Assembly (NCBI GenBank): GCA_049314435.1
Contig: JBMOFD010000037.1
Location: 1 to 17,266, forward strand
Direction of reading: 5' to 3'
DNA length: 17,266 bases
Source of the DNA: Chlamydiia bacterium
Lineage (GTDB): Bacteria > Chlamydiota > Chlamydiia > Chlamydiales > JBMOFD01
The translations under genes were made by a program, and so were the position numbers. Shown here one piece after another: positions 15,355-17,266 of this stretch. A model generated the notes under the pieces. It did no database searches, was not told the DNA's origin, and saw only the letters and a program-made list of their open reading frames with translations. Positions within the stretch are counted from its first letter, which is position 1; each line of letters begins with the position of its first letter.

Positions 15355-15867
15355 ATGGGAATGAGTTCTTCCAAGGCCGTGTTAGCTGCACAACCCGTGC
15401 AGCCGCCGGTGAGTGACCGCGTATGGGTCTGCTTCAATTGGCAGGGGAGAACGGTGACGGCCATCTCGCCCATGACGATCGAGTCGGTTGAGCTCGTCTT
15501 CCGTAATTCGCGTCTCAAAATAACTGTGGGACCGCTCCAGACAGGAGATCTGCTGTTCAACTGCCGTTCTGAGCAAGGCAGGCAATGTCGATATCTGGAC
15601 ATGCACGTTGAGCAGATCGCTGACCTCACGATCCGGGCCTTGAAAGACAATCGCCTCCCAGGACGAGAAACCTACGGCAGCGGTCGTCCGAGCTTCCTTG
15701 ATGAGCCGGAGACACCAGTCCGTTTGCAGAGGCCAGCTATCATCGAGTCCGGTCATGTCTACCGCATCACCTGTCGCTCCAACGAGGATCTTGAGGTGAT
15801 GGCCACTCTCGAACAGGTCGACTCAGTAGCGGCTATTGTTGAGCGGCTAACGCAGCCGGCAGTTTGA
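15355..15867 (+). CDS. Hypothetical beta-rich protein, tandem paralog B, with N-myristoylation-like N-terminus (MGMSSSK)
   Basis: SD GGAG 6 nt upstream, 14 nt after paralog A. It shares paralog A's motifs and its first 9 nt (ATGGGAATG). The 3' end overlaps rlmD convergently. Confidence 0.75.
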   Translation: MGMSSSKAVLAAQPVQPPVSDRVWVCFNWQGRTVTAISPMTIESVELVFRNSRLKITVGPLQTGDLLFNCRSEQGRQCRYLDMHVEQIADLTIRALKDNRLPGRETYGSGRPSFLDEPETPVRLQRPAIIESGHVYRITCRSNEDLEVMATLEQVDSVAAIVERLTQPAV

Positions 15868-17188
15868 GGCGGACGGCGCACTCGACGTGGGCCGTTTGAG
15901 GGAACATGTCAAAGGGCTGGACCTTGTCGACCTGCCACCCAGCTTGGGAGAGGTGGGCGAGATCCCTGGCTAAGGTAGCCGGATCACAAGATACATACAG
16001 GATCGTAGGCGGCCGCATCTTGATCAGTGCATCAAGAGCCGAGGGGACGCATCCTGTTCTAGGCGGATTGAGGATCACGATGTCCACTGGGTCGATCTGC
16101 TGCACGAACTCTTCTGTAGGAGCGCAGAAGAATTCTGCGTTGGAGATGCTATTCCTATGAGCATTCTCCTTAGCATCGCGAATCGCCTCAGGAACGATCT
16201 CCACGCCGATCACCCGCCGTACATGTTCAGCAAAGATCAGCGCTAGCGTCCCCACTCCACAGTAGGCATCTAGGACCGTTTCATGGCCTTTACACTCAGC
16301 TAGGAAGAGTACTTCTTTGTAGAGCTGCTGGGCCTGTGGCGGGTTCACTTGGAAGAAGGATGCGGGTGAGACCTTGAAGGCCAGCCCGCATAGCCGCTCC
16401 TCGATCTCGCCCTCTCCCATCAACGTGTAGAAGGAACGCCCTAAGACCGTATTCCCAGACTGGCTCTGCACGTTTTGGACGATCCCACGAATCTGTGGCA
16501 TCGAGTGCATGATTTCCTCGGCTGCATCGAGCAGGGCAGAGGAGGGCTCGTCATGTGCCGTCACAAACACGACTAAGACTTGGTGAGAGAAGAGCGCCGT
16601 CCGCAGAAGGATATGACGTAGTTCTCCTCGGCCTGTTTCTGGATCGTAGGGGATCACAGCAGAATCTAAGAGGACTCTGCGGACTTCCCGATAGGCGCGC
16701 TCGCCCAAGGGACAATGGATCGCACACGCCTCGACATCCACAACATCATGAGTGTGGTGGGCATAGAGTCCGATGCGCATCCCATCAGGACCGCTTTGCA
16801 CAGGCAGCTGGATCTTGTTGCGATAGGCGAGGGGAGTGGGAGAGGCTTTACATGGGAGGACGCTGATGCCCTGTAGTTTGCCAATCCGCTCCAGAGCATC
16901 GACGACACGCTGACGTTTCATGATCAGCTGTTGCTCGTAGCTCAGATGCATGAGCTGGCAACCACCGCATTGTCCAAAGAGAGGACAGGGTGGACGTTCC
17001 CGATGTTCGGAAGGAGAGAGGACACGACGTAGCCTGGCTCGGGCATAGGTCTTGCGTTCCTCATAGACGGAGGCGGAGACCCGCTCACCGGGAAGGGCTC
17101 CCTCGACAAAGAGAGTCTTTCCCCCGCACTGCCCCACCCCTTCCCCATGGATGCCCAGCCGGAGAATCTCGACGTCGACGCTAGACAA
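15833..17188 (-). CDS. rlmD: 23S rRNA (uracil(1939)-C5)-methyltransferase
   Basis: TTG start after AGGAGG. N-terminal TRAM domain, [4Fe-4S] motif CPLFGQCGGC, YRNK, SFFQVN, SAM motif LDAYCGVG, NPPRTG, catalytic YVSCDP, DMFPQTAHVE. Confidence 0.93.
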   Translation of the reverse strand: MSSVDVEILRLGIHGEGVGQCGGKTLFVEGALPGERVSASVYEERKTYARARLRRVLSPSEHRERPPCPLFGQCGGCQLMHLSYEQQLIMKRQRVVDALERIGKLQGISVLPCKASPTPLAYRNKIQLPVQSGPDGMRIGLYAHHTHDVVDVEACAIHCPLGERAYREVRRVLLDSAVIPYDPETGRGELRHILLRTALFSHQVLVVFVTAHDEPSSALLDAAEEIMHSMPQIRGIVQNVQSQSGNTVLGRSFYTLMGEGEIEERLCGLAFKVSPASFFQVNPPQAQQLYKEVLFLAECKGHETVLDAYCGVGTLALIFAEHVRRVIGVEIVPEAIRDAKENAHRNSISNAEFFCAPTEEFVQQIDPVDIVILNPPRTGCVPSALDALIKMRPPTILYVSCDPATLARDLAHLSQAGWQVDKVQPFDMFPQTAHVECAVRLKLPAALAAQQ

Positions 17189-17266
17189 AACTCCTCCTGG
17201 ATAGAGCCCATGACCGATTGGTCCAGAGAGAATACCAGAAAACGTCTATCTAGAGGGCTCTTGGTT

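Noticed and set aside
1..17266. CRISPR array, tRNA/rRNA, transposase, integrase or prophage
   Set aside because: No regularly spaced repeats, cloverleaf or rRNA signatures, or DDE/HUH/recombinase motifs were recognised. The 52-nt element occurs only twice, 3.6 kb apart.

Overview
Bacterial chromosomal window, GC in the upper 50s % by eye, probably from an environmental Chlamydiota-like host-associated bacterium. That assignment is inferred from the type-2 IleRS sequence style and a chlamydia-like exported hypothetical protein. Housekeeping genes are ileS, udk, an M29 aminopeptidase, pncB and rlmD. There is also a RelE-like/XRE toxin-antitoxin pair and an orphan DinJ/RelB-like antitoxin. Five orphan genes look like secreted effectors. 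(1) A MORN-repeat protein with a central His-Asn-Gln-Cys protease-like domain and a C-terminal CaaX box (CIVL). (2) A protein with three tandem ~140-aa repeats, followed in frame by a diverged paralog fragment. (3) A protein with an IQ-like motif and an H-(F/Y)-E ADP-ribosyltransferase-like domain. (4, 5) Two tandem paralogs that both start with an N-myristoylation consensus (MGxxxS[K/R]). The main non-coding signal is a ~52-nt double-hairpin element with pairing-preserving substitutions, at nearly the same distance upstream of both ileS and udk. All family calls come from motif recognition by eye; no searches were run.
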